From Candidatus Aenigmatarchaeota archaeon (GTDB lineage Archaea > Aenigmatarchaeota > Aenigmatarchaeia > GW2011-AR5 > JAGGXF01), in contig JAOZPR010000020.1 in the NCBI GenBank assembly GCA_029932645.1, positions 1-13,448 on the forward strand: a stretch of DNA of 13,448 nt, given 5' to 3'. Shown piece after piece: positions 5,234 through 13,430 of the stretch. How positions within the stretch are numbered: position 1 is the stretch's first letter; every line of letters starts with the position of its first letter. The notes beneath the pieces are model-generated. The model searched no databases. It saw nothing but the letters and a program-made list of their open reading frames with translations, and had not been told where the DNA came from. Made by a program: the position numbers and the translations under genes.

Positions 5234-6592
5234 ATGACTCAAAACAACCACAACGATAACTCTTATGATATTATAGTCATAGGCGCTGGAATTAGCGGCC
5301 TGTTGTCTGCACTTGCGCTGTCGAAAGAAGGAAAAAAGGTACTAATTCTAGAAAAGGACAGCAGTGTTGGTGGGGTTTGCAGGTCTTACGAAGTCGATGG
5401 CTATCGTGTTGACACCGGACCACATGCTATAACAAGGCTTGAGAGCGGTCCTCTAAGGGAGCTAATGGATAAATATTTTGACGTTGTCCCGCAATTTGTC
5501 CCATTTGGCAAGTATTATGTGAGGGCTGGCAACAGGCTGGAGCCCTTCCCATGGAGTTTGAAGGACTGGCTGACCTTTGATATAATTCCTAAAAAAGACA
5601 GGCTGCTTCTGATGAAATCACTCTTTGACATGTTCTACATGCTAAGTATGGGCAAGGATTTATCTACGGTATCAATCGCTGATGTTCTCCCATCTGAGAT
5701 TTCATCAACAACGAGAAGATTCTGGGACTATCTTTCTTACTTCATGTTAGGCACTTCTATGAAAAGCGCTCCTGTGTCGAGGTTCATCGATAATAAATGC
5801 CACAAGCAAGATGACAAACTAAGTTCGATACCCTATGCTGGTAAGATATATAACCTGCTTATTTCAGAAGGTGCCACAGACCAGAAATACCCAAAAGGCG
5901 GCATACAGTCTATAACTAACTGTATCTTAAGTTCTTTTCCGAAAAATCGTGTCGAAATCAAAACAAATGAACAGGTAACAGGTCTGCAGACCAGCGACAC
6001 AAACGCGATTAAAGGGGTATCTACAGAGGAGAACAACTACAACTGTGACACCGCGGTCTATTCCGGGTTTGCATCAGACCTGCCAAATCTGATATCCGGA
6101 TTGCCAGAAGATTATACTAGAAATTTAATGCGGATTAAGAAGGTTAACTCGTTGACAATATGGCTTGGCCTGACAAAACAATTTTTTAGCAACCATGGGT
6201 CTGAGATGTGGATTGATTCCGACCCATACACATGGGCAGTTCCGACATCTAACTACGACCCAGGGTTAGCACCAGCTGGAAAGCAACTTGTCGGCTTTGC
6301 TACCGTATTGCCTGAAAAATATAACCCGGCTGAGGCAAGAAAAAAGGCGCTGGATGTAATAATTCAAACAAGTCCCGAGATTGAGAGCCATATCGATATG
6401 GTACACTACCAGGAATTGATTCCGGAAAAAGCTGCATGGAGCCTTGACTCAAGTTTCGGCGATGTGAAGACGCCAATAAAAAATCTCTACACCGTCGGAA
6501 CAGACGCTGAGAAAAGAAGTATGGGCATTACCCGGGCTGCATACTCTGTTTTAAGATGCCTGCGCATTATGAGGTCTGAGAAAGTTCTCTGA
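5234..6592 (+). CDS. FAD-dependent phytoene-desaturase-family protein, resembling hydroxyarchaeol-forming PhyH (MA0127-like)
   Basis: Rossmann motif YDIIVIGAGISGL...LEK...GG. Motifs DTGPHAITRL..GPL..LMD.YF, SLTIWLGL, GSEMW, SNYDPGLAPAGKQL, PEKAA and NLYTVGTDAEKRSMGITRAAYS match my recollection of the Methanosarcina MA0127 subfamily. The family call is firm; the subfamily call needs an alignment. Confidence 0.75.
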   Translation: MTQNNHNDNSYDIIVIGAGISGLLSALALSKEGKKVLILEKDSSVGGVCRSYEVDGYRVDTGPHAITRLESGPLRELMDKYFDVVPQFVPFGKYYVRAGNRLEPFPWSLKDWLTFDIIPKKDRLLLMKSLFDMFYMLSMGKDLSTVSIADVLPSEISSTTRRFWDYLSYFMLGTSMKSAPVSRFIDNKCHKQDDKLSSIPYAGKIYNLLISEGATDQKYPKGGIQSITNCILSSFPKNRVEIKTNEQVTGLQTSDTNAIKGVSTEENNYNCDTAVYSGFASDLPNLISGLPEDYTRNLMRIKKVNSLTIWLGLTKQFFSNHGSEMWIDSDPYTWAVPTSNYDPGLAPAGKQLVGFATVLPEKYNPAEARKKALDVIIQTSPEIESHIDMVHYQELIPEKAAWSLDSSFGDVKTPIKNLYTVGTDAEKRSMGITRAAYSVLRCLRIMRSEKVL

Positions 6593-6596
6593 CGAC

Positions 6597-6629
6597 TTTT
6601 TGTAGTTTTATAATTAGTTTTATATTTTA
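6597..6629 (+). terminator. T-rich terminator region after the flavoprotein gene
   Basis: Several T4-T5 runs directly after the stop codon. Confidence 0.4.
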
Positions 6630-6666
6630 TGGGTATGTTTTCTGTGGTTTTAGATTTCGAATAAGC

Positions 6667-6674
6667 TTTTAAAA
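6667..6674 (+). promoter_or_regulatory. TATA box for rnp4 (likely leaderless)
   Basis: TTTTAAAA begins 29 nt upstream of ATG 6696. Confidence 0.5.
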
Positions 6675-6695
6675 ACATTCTTCTAATTTAATTCT

Positions 6696-7052
6696 ATGGC
6701 TGGAAAAAAAGCGAAAAAGAAAACCAAGCTCGTCAGCATAAGCCGAAGGCGCAAGCCAGCCTGGCAGCAAACGATTGCAAGGGAACGTATAGAAATACTT
6801 TTCAAAGAGGCCGAGAAGCAGGCAAAAGCTGGCAACACAGAGCTGTCTAATCGTTATGTTCAGCTGGCAAGAAAGATAGGAATGCGCTATCAGGTCAAGA
6901 TAGCAAAACCTTTAAAAAGAAAATTCTGTAAGTATTGTTACTCTTATTTACAGCCCGGGCTGACATGCAGTCAGCGCATAAAGGACAAAAGCATAATAAT
7001 TAAATGCTTTTCCTGCAAAAAAATCATAAGATACCCATTTGCTAAAAAGTGA
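6696..7052 (+). CDS. rnp4: Ribonuclease P protein component 4 (Rpp21)
   Basis: IARERIEILF, RYVQLARKIGMR, zinc ribbon CKYC...CFSC, RYP; conserved position upstream of rps19e. Confidence 0.95.
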   Translation: MAGKKAKKKTKLVSISRRRKPAWQQTIARERIEILFKEAEKQAKAGNTELSNRYVQLARKIGMRYQVKIAKPLKRKFCKYCYSYLQPGLTCSQRIKDKSIIIKCFSCKKIIRYPFAKK

Positions 7053-7059
7053 TTGTGCT

Positions 7060-7074
7060 GAAAGGGTTATAAAA
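7060..7074 (+). promoter_or_regulatory. BRE/TATA upstream of rps19e
   Basis: GAAAGGG-TTATAAAA; GGTGA SD before ATG 7113. Confidence 0.5.
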
Positions 7075-7112
7075 TAATTATGAAAGAAAAATGATTATGG
7101 AAAGGTGATGTC

Positions 7113-7529
7113 ATGGTAACGGTTGTTGATGTTGACCCGCAAAAGCTGATAGAAAAAACAGCAGAAGAGCTTAAAAAGAAGATAAAGATGCCGGAATGGG
7201 CTTTGTATGTCAAGACAGGTGCTCATAAAGAGAGACCGCCAGACAAAGTTGAGTGGTGGCATATGAGAGCCGCAAGCCTCTTGAGAAAGATATACATGGA
7301 CGGCCCGATTGGTATATCAAGACTGAGGACATTTTACGGCGGTCGTAAAAACTTGGGCCATCAGCCGTCACATTTTCGCAAGGCTGGTGGAAAAATCATA
7401 CGAACGATTTTACAGGATTTGGAAAAGCTGGGTTTGGTCAAGACGCAGAAAAAAGGAAAGAAAGGTAGGACAATAACACCAAAAGGTCAAAAATTTTTGG
7501 ATAAGATTGCAAAAGATGTTTCCAGCTGA
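7113..7529 (+). CDS. rps19e: 30S ribosomal protein eS19
   Basis: [61 protein letters not shown]. Confidence 0.97.
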   Translation: MVTVVDVDPQKLIEKTAEELKKKIKMPEWALYVKTGAHKERPPDKVEWWHMRAASLLRKIYMDGPIGISRLRTFYGGRKNLGHQPSHFRKAGGKIIRTILQDLEKLGLVKTQKKGKKGRTITPKGQKFLDKIAKDVSS

Positions 7530-7602
7530 TGCATAAGAGTGGCTATAACGAATTATGATTGATATTGATTATAATTATGACCAACTATAATTGGCGATTA
7601 AA

Positions 7603-7935
7603 ATGAATGAGGAAGAAATCAAGAAAAAGGAGCTCCTTCGTCGGCAGCGTATACTAGAGCAGCAGATGATGCAACAGTCCAGTGCTCAGCAGCAGGCCAT
7701 GGAAGAATTGGAAGCTCTTAAAAAGGTTGTTATGCTTAAGATTTTGGACAAGGCAGCCAGAGAAAGGCTGACCAATCTGAAACTCATAAAGCCTGAGCTG
7801 GCGAACAATCTTGAGTTATATCTGGTTCAGCTCTATCAGACAGGACAGCTTAAAACCAGAATAACAGAAAAAGAACTTGTCCAAATATTGTCAATGATGC
7901 AAAAGAAAAAAGATTTTAAGATAATAAGAAAATAA
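7603..7935 (+). CDS. PDCD5/TFAR19-family DNA-binding protein
   Basis: ILDKAARERLTNLKLIKPELA..LELYLVQLYQTGQL...ITE, C-terminal KKDFKIIRK; syntenic after rps19e. ATG 7603 preferred over TTG 7591. Confidence 0.93.
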   Translation: MNEEEIKKKELLRRQRILEQQMMQQSSAQQQAMEELEALKKVVMLKILDKAARERLTNLKLIKPELANNLELYLVQLYQTGQLKTRITEKELVQILSMMQKKKDFKIIRK

Positions 7936-8037
7936 AAATAGTAAGCATTGCAGCATTGCAACATAAAATTAAAAAAATAAAAAAGCTCAAACACAAAAAA
8001 ACTGAAACTAGGTGAAATTAAATTAAGGTGAAACCGA

Positions 8038-8202
8038 ATGTCGAGCAAGAAAGAACATGGCGAAAAGATTAAACTTATTGCAGCCAAGACAAAGCGCGCT
8101 CCAAGATGGGCAGACATAAAGAAGTTCGGTCTTAAGAGGGCCAGGGCAAGAAGGATACAGACCAAAAGAAAAACATGGAGGCGCGGAAGAAATAAGGTTT
8201 GA
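8038..8202 (+). CDS. rpl39e: 50S ribosomal protein eL39 (54 aa; absent from the ORF track)
   Basis: MSSKKEHGEKIKLIAAKTKRAPRWADIKKFGLKRARARRIQTKRKTWRRGRNKV: PxW and WRR motifs, AAGGTGA SD, immediately upstream of rpl31e. Confidence 0.9.
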   Translation: MSSKKEHGEKIKLIAAKTKRAPRWADIKKFGLKRARARRIQTKRKTWRRGRNKV

Positions 8203-8219
8203 TTGCCAAGGTGCTTATC

Positions 8220-8771
8220 ATGGTAGAGAGAATATATACAATACCTTTACGAAAGGCTTATCGTAAACCACGTACAAGGCGTACGCCAGTAGCCATGCGC
8301 CTGATAAAGTCATATTTAGAGAGACACATGAAGCTCAAGGATTCTGATGTAGAGATAAAGATAGGCCAACATCTTAATGAAACTATATGGAGCAGGGGCA
8401 TTCGGTATCCACCAAGGCGAATCCGGGTAAAGGCTGTGCTGGACGAAGAGAACAAACAGCTCAAGTGCGAGCTTGTCGGTTTTGAGTACAAAGAATTCAA
8501 GCCTCTCAAGCGCGAGGTCAAGGCAGAAGGTATGAAGGAGAAGCTTATGAAGAGGCTTGGTGGCAAGGCAATACAAAAGCAGAAAGAGGAAGAGATGGTC
8601 GAGGGCAAGAAGAAAGAGACAACCAAGCAAGAACCAGCAGCTAAGCCAGGAGAAGAAACAGATAAGACAGAAAAGAAAGAAGAGCCAAAATCAAAAGAAA
8701 CTCCAAAAGACCAGGCAGCAGAAGAACCAAAACCTGAGCCCGAAAACAGCGAAGAACAAGAAAACAAATAG
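8220..8771 (+). CDS. rpl31e: 50S ribosomal protein eL31 with long charged C-terminal extension (183 aa)
   Basis: ERIYTIPLR, RHMK, LNETIWSRGIRYPPRRIRVKA; AAGGTG SD before ATG 8220. Confidence 0.95.
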   Translation: MVERIYTIPLRKAYRKPRTRRTPVAMRLIKSYLERHMKLKDSDVEIKIGQHLNETIWSRGIRYPPRRIRVKAVLDEENKQLKCELVGFEYKEFKPLKREVKAEGMKEKLMKRLGGKAIQKQKEEEMVEGKKKETTKQEPAAKPGEETDKTEKKEEPKSKETPKDQAAEEPKPEPENSEEQENK

Positions 8772-8894
8772 AATACTAAAAGGCAAACAGAGACAAAGTC
8801 AAGACACCGACAGCTTTTGTTTTACTTTTTCAATCCTTTTAAATCTTATGATTTATTTTATTGTTATTGTTGCTATAATCATTGGTGAGAACAC

Positions 8895-9545
8895 ATGCCG
8901 CATATAAAAAAGATTAATTTTTACGGCGATCCGAATATAGGGCTCTATGGCTTTGCCAGCGACAGCTATTCGCTTGTTGGTAATATCACAAAGCCAAGCC
9001 AGCTGGATGTTTTGGGCGTGCCTGCTACAAGTGTTACCATCGCCAACACATACCTGCTTGGAATTTTTGCCGCTGGAAACAGTGAGAAGATAATACTACC
9101 GGACATCATAAGAGAGCAGGAACGCAGGGCAATTGAAAAGGTTGCAGACACCCTTGCCCTTGATACAAGGTTCACAGCCATCGGCAATCTAGTCTTGCTC
9201 AATGACAGCGGTTGCATAATATCTCCGCTATTGAGGAGATACAAAAGTAGTATAGAGGCGTTTCTTTCGCTCCCTGTTTCGGTTTCGAATATTGCTGGCC
9301 TGAAGGTTGTCGGTTCTGCTGCTGTGTGCAACAACAACGGCTGCTTGGTGCATCCGAACACGACAGAAAAGGAGATAGAAATCATAGAGTCTGTTCTTGG
9401 TGTTACCACCGACATAGGCACAGTTAATTTCGGCTCGCCATTCGTTCGCAGTGGCATAATCGTCAATAAGAACGGTTTTCTGGTCGGAGACCAGACCAGC
9501 GGTCCAGAAGCAATCAGAATGGACGAAGTTTTTGGTTTCATCTGA
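8895..9545 (+). CDS. eif6: Translation initiation factor 6 (aIF6)
   Basis: GDPNIGLYG, AIGNLVLLNDSG, VGSAAVCNNNGCLVHP, GTVNFGSPFVRSG, TSGPE; GGTGA SD. Confidence 0.96.
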   Translation: MPHIKKINFYGDPNIGLYGFASDSYSLVGNITKPSQLDVLGVPATSVTIANTYLLGIFAAGNSEKIILPDIIREQERRAIEKVADTLALDTRFTAIGNLVLLNDSGCIISPLLRRYKSSIEAFLSLPVSVSNIAGLKVVGSAAVCNNNGCLVHPNTTEKEIEIIESVLGVTTDIGTVNFGSPFVRSGIIVNKNGFLVGDQTSGPEAIRMDEVFGFI

Positions 9546-9639
9546 GTCCGAAATAAAAGGTTTAATAACATTTGTTTTGATTATTATAATATTGGTCTAA
9601 TTTATTTTGATATGAATATGATATTATGGGAGTGGTTTT

Positions 9640-10074
9640 ATGGATCAAAAAGAGCTGCAGGAAAAATATTTTCAATCCGAGATTTTAAAGAACCAATTAA
9701 ATGCCATTGCAAACGAGAGGCAGGCATTGCAACAAAAACTTCTGGAAATTGAGCTGACTAAGGCAACACTGGCTGAAATAGAGAAGGTTGAGAAGGGCAC
9801 GACAATGTGGTCTTCTCTGGGGACAGGAGTCTTTATCAAAACATCGCTAGAAAGCAAGGAAAAGATCATGGTGAGTTTGGGAGCTGATGTCATGTGTGAA
9901 AAGAGCATGAAAGAGGCTGTGAAGATTCTTGAGGAGCAAGCAGATGAGATAAGAAAGGCAGACAACGAGCTACTAAAAAATGCTGGTCCTATCTCCCAGC
10001 AACTCTCTGATGTTGAGAAGGGGCTGGCCAGTCTGGTAGAATCAGCTAAAAAATCCAAGAAAGGTGGCGGGTGA
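9640..10074 (+). CDS. pfdA: Prefoldin alpha subunit
   Basis: Coiled coil, two beta hairpins (SLGTGVFIK; VSLGADVMCEKS), coiled coil; syntenic before ftsY. Confidence 0.9.
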   Translation: MDQKELQEKYFQSEILKNQLNAIANERQALQQKLLEIELTKATLAEIEKVEKGTTMWSSLGTGVFIKTSLESKEKIMVSLGADVMCEKSMKEAVKILEEQADEIRKADNELLKNAGPISQQLSDVEKGLASLVESAKKSKKGGG

Positions 10075-10078
10075 GAAC

Positions 10079-11938
10079 ATGTTCGGTTTTCTTAAGAAAA
10101 AGCTAAAACAAGCTGTTGAAAAGCTGACTGGTAAGAAGGAAGAGGGGGTTGCACCTGCTGAGCCAGCGCCAGCATCTGTTACAGAAGCTCCTGCGCCAGC
10201 TACTATAGAAGAGGCAAAACCGCCAGAAGAACCAGCAACAGAAAGAGCAGAGCCAACAGTGCCAAAACCAGCGCCAGAAGTTGTGGAAGTATCAAAAGAG
10301 GCTGAACTGCCTACAAAAGAGGCAGCGCCACCAGCCCCAGCTGTAGAAGAGGCAAAACCTGCAGAACCCGTTCCAGAGGAGAGAAAAGGAGAGTCAGCAC
10401 CTCCACCAGAAAAACCAAAGCAAGAAGTGAGACCAGCAGAGATAAAAGAAGAAATCGAGAAAGAGCCGGAAAAGATAGAGACGCTCGAAGAAGAGAAGGA
10501 GTTGGCTGAAGAGGAAACTCTTGAGGAACTCCCTGAAGAAGCTGCCGGCATGGCTGAAGAAGAAAAAGCTGTAGCAGAGGTCATACCAGAAGAACCTGCC
10601 AAAGAAGCCAAGATTGCAGAAAAACCAGAAAAGCCCACGGTAGAGATAACAGAGGAACTGGAAAAGGAGCCAGAAAAGGTTGTAGAAAAGACAGAGGAAG
10701 AAGCAAAAGAACTTGTACAAGAGTCTAAAGAAATCCTAGAGCAAATGGAACCAAAAGAGGTTGTTGAAGAGATAGAAAAAGAGGCGATAGCAGAAGAAAA
10801 AGAGAAAATAGAACAAATGAAAAAAGAAGCGGCCAAAGAGGCCGAGACGCCGCAGGAACCTGTAGAAAGAGAGACGGTGGTAAAAGAAAAACCCAAGGAA
10901 AAGAAGGTAGAAAAAGTCAAAAAAAAAGGGATTACTGAAAAAGTGGTTGGGCTTTTCAAAAGACCGAAAAAACCAAAAGCCCCAGAAAAGCCTATCAAAG
11001 CTATCAAAGAAGAGAAACCAATAGAAGAGATAGCGAAAGAGGTAAAGAAAGAAGAGGGCTTTTTGGCAGGCATTCTCAAAAAAGTCAAAGAAAAGACACT
11101 CACGGAAGATGATGTGCAAAAATTTTTGGACGAAATGCAGACAGTGTTACTCGAAAATAATGTGGCATTAGAGGTTGTTGACAAAATTTCAGACGAGTTG
11201 AAAAAAAATCTTGTTGGCAAGTCTGTCAGCAGGAAGAATGTTGATAAGGTAATATTTAACGCGCTTAAAAACGCTATCATGGTTGTTCTGAAACAAGAAC
11301 CGCTTGAGATAGAAAAGGTCATAAAAGAATGTAAAAAAGAAAAAAAGCCATGTACGATTCTGTTTCTGGGTTTCAACGGCACAGGCAAGACCACGAGTCT
11401 TGCAAAGCTTGGCAACTATCTGAAGAAAAAGAAACACAATCCTGTTTTTGCTGCAGCAGACACATTCAGGGCAGCTGCTTTGGAACAGATAGGAATCCAT
11501 GCAGAGAAGCTCAGCATAGACTTAATCAAGCACGACTATGGCGCAGATGCTGCTGCTGTTGTTTTTGATGCAAAGAAGCATGCTGTGGCCACGGGCAAGG
11601 ACGTTGTCCTTGTTGACACTGCTGGTCGAAACCATGCTGACGTCAATCTCATGGACGAGCTGAAAAAGATATGCCGTGTCAACAACCCGGATCTAAAAAT
11701 ACTTGTAATAGACACATTGACAGGTAATGATGCGGTTGAGCAGGCAAAGAATTTCAACGATGCTGTTGGTGTTGACGGAATTATTCTGGCTAAAGCCGAC
11801 GTAGCAGAAAAGGCCGGCGCTGCCTTGTCTGTTGGATACGTAATAGGAAAGCCTATATTGTTTATGGGGACTGGTCAAGGCTATGACGATCTTGTAAAAT
11901 TCGACCCAGACAAGATTGTAGAAGATCTCTTGAAATAA
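10079..11938 (+). CDS. ftsY: SRP receptor FtsY with extended Glu/Lys/Pro-rich N-terminal domain
   Basis: MFGFLKKKLK start after GGGTGA SD; LLENNVA, GFNGTGKTT, DTFRAAA, DTAGR, GTGQGYDDL. Confidence 0.96.
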   Translation: MFGFLKKKLKQAVEKLTGKKEEGVAPAEPAPASVTEAPAPATIEEAKPPEEPATERAEPTVPKPAPEVVEVSKEAELPTKEAAPPAPAVEEAKPAEPVPEERKGESAPPPEKPKQEVRPAEIKEEIEKEPEKIETLEEEKELAEEETLEELPEEAAGMAEEEKAVAEVIPEEPAKEAKIAEKPEKPTVEITEELEKEPEKVVEKTEEEAKELVQESKEILEQMEPKEVVEEIEKEAIAEEKEKIEQMKKEAAKEAETPQEPVERETVVKEKPKEKKVEKVKKKGITEKVVGLFKRPKKPKAPEKPIKAIKEEKPIEEIAKEVKKEEGFLAGILKKVKEKTLTEDDVQKFLDEMQTVLLENNVALEVVDKISDELKKNLVGKSVSRKNVDKVIFNALKNAIMVVLKQEPLEIEKVIKECKKEKKPCTILFLGFNGTGKTTSLAKLGNYLKKKKHNPVFAAADTFRAAALEQIGIHAEKLSIDLIKHDYGADAAAVVFDAKKHAVATGKDVVLVDTAGRNHADVNLMDELKKICRVNNPDLKILVIDTLTGNDAVEQAKNFNDAVGVDGIILAKADVAEKAGAALSVGYVIGKPILFMGTGQGYDDLVKFDPDKIVEDLLK

Positions 11939-11980
11939 CTAAAAGCAAAGACCGGGCTTTCTGTCGCACCCACTTTATGC

Positions 11981-12004
11981 TTTTTCTTTTGAGCATTGGT
12001 TTTT
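11981..12004 (+). terminator. Oligo-T tracts after ftsY
   Basis: TTTTTCTTTT and TTTTT runs about 40-65 nt after the stop codon. Confidence 0.35.
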
Positions 12005-12101
12005 CCCTCATTGTTACTATTTCATCATACAAGCATTAGGTGTTCCCTGTTTAATTTTACAGGGCTTTTAAAGTTTAGCCTTTTAATTATTTTTGATTAA
12101 T

Positions 12102-13430
12102 ATGCTTGAGAAACTTTCGGCCAGCCTTAGAAAAGGCTTGGAGCGAATAACACGGCTGGCCCTGGTAGATAAGGGTGCTGTTGAATCCTTGATAAGAGAT
12201 ATACAGCGGTCGCTTCTTGCGGCAGACGTAAACGTGAAGCTTGTTCACGAACTGTCTGACCGCATACGGAAAAAGGCATTTGAAAAGCTTCCATCAGGTC
12301 TTAGCAGAAAAGAATATTTAATAAAGCTCGTTTACGAAGAGCTCACAAACATCCTTGGCAAAGAGCCTGCAGAGGTGGAGCTAAAGGCACAAAAAATCCT
12401 TCTGGTCGGATTGTTCGGCTCGGGAAAGACAACGAGCACGATAAAGCTCGCGAAGTTCTACCAGAAACGCGGGCTAAAACCATGCGTTATTTGCGCGGAC
12501 ACATTCAGGCCTGCTGCTTTTGAACAGCTTCAGCAACTTGCAAACAAGGTTGGCGTGCCGTTCTATGGAGACAAGAATGAAAAAGACGCTGCTGCTGTTG
12601 TGAAGGCTGGTTTGGAGACAATGAAAAAATATGATGTTATAATCATTGATTCCGCTGGCAGAGATGCGCTCGACAATACCCTGGTAAGAGAGATTAAAAG
12701 CATCGACAAGGCCATGCAACCAGATGACACGATTCTCGTGATACCTGCTGATATTGGGCAGGAGGCCCAGCGCCAGGCAGAAGAGTTTAACAAGGCTTTG
12801 GGAATAACAAGCGTTATGGTTACAAAGCTTGATGCAACTGGCCGTGCAGGCGGAGCGCTCACAGCATGCAACGTGACCAATGCCAAGATTAAGTTCATTA
12901 CTGTCGGTGAGAAGCCAGACGATTTGCAGATATATGACCCAAAGCGATTCGTATCGCGGCTGATTGGTTTTGGCGACCTACAAAGCCTATTGGAAAAGGC
13001 AAAAGAGGTCACAGATGAAAAATCTGCAGAAAAGCTCGCCACAGGCCGTTTCGATATGAATGATTTTATAGCTCAGATAGGCTCTGTGCAAAAGGTAGGT
13101 TCTTTCGGCCAGATAATGGATATGATGGGCATGTCAGGCGCAAAGCTTCCTGCGGGCGCGCTGAACGTGCAGGAAGAAAAGATGAAGAAATGGACACACA
13201 TAGTCAAGTCTATGACCAAGAAAGAAAGAGCAGAACCAGAGATAATAACCACCTCGCGAATAAAGCGCATTGCCAAGGGATCCGGAACAACCGAGGCAGA
13301 TGTCCGTGAGCTGCTAAAATCTTACAAACAGACCAAGAAGATGACCAAGAAGCTCAGCCCAAAGCGCCTCGAAAAGCTAGCCAAGCGCGGCGGCTTTGGC
13401 GCCCTGCTGAAGAAGTTTGGAGCAGGATAA
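12102..13430 (+). CDS. srp54: Signal recognition particle protein SRP54
   Basis: IQRSLLAADVNV, GLFGSGKTTS, DTFRPAA, DSAGR, TKLD, M-domain SMTKKER...SRIKRIAKGSGT. ATG 12102 preferred over TTG 12093. Confidence 0.97.
   Translation: MLEKLSASLRKGLERITRLALVDKGAVESLIRDIQRSLLAADVNVKLVHELSDRIRKKAFEKLPSGLSRKEYLIKLVYEELTNILGKEPAEVELKAQKILLVGLFGSGKTTSTIKLAKFYQKRGLKPCVICADTFRPAAFEQLQQLANKVGVPFYGDKNEKDAAAVVKAGLETMKKYDVIIIDSAGRDALDNTLVREIKSIDKAMQPDDTILVIPADIGQEAQRQAEEFNKALGITSVMVTKLDATGRAGGALTACNVTNAKIKFITVGEKPDDLQIYDPKRFVSRLIGFGDLQSLLEKAKEVTDEKSAEKLATGRFDMNDFIAQIGSVQKVGSFGQIMDMMGMSGAKLPAGALNVQEEKMKKWTHIVKSMTKKERAEPEIITTSRIKRIAKGSGTTEADVRELLKSYKQTKKMTKKLSPKRLEKLAKRGGFGALLKKFGAG

Noticed and set aside
5234..6592. 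Carotenoid phytoene desaturase CrtI
   Set aside because: No crtB or other carotenoid genes nearby, and the C-terminal motif (GTDAEKRSMGITRA) differs from the CrtI-type GxxxHPGxGxP.
8557..8907. 116-aa alternative-frame ORF over the eL31 tail, considered as a frameshift product or LX remnant
   Set aside because: Low-complexity K/Q/R translation of A-rich DNA running into intergenic T-tracts; no eL20 similarity seen.
10042..11415. 457-aa minus-strand ORF, plus 10394..10720 and 10736..11119
   Set aside because: Ser/Phe-rich antisense shadows of the Glu/Lys-rich ftsY strand; no independent motif.
11939..12101. SRP (7S) RNA between ftsY and srp54
   Set aside because: The spacer is AT-rich, about half the length of archaeal SRP RNA, and lacks a recognisable helix-8 motif.
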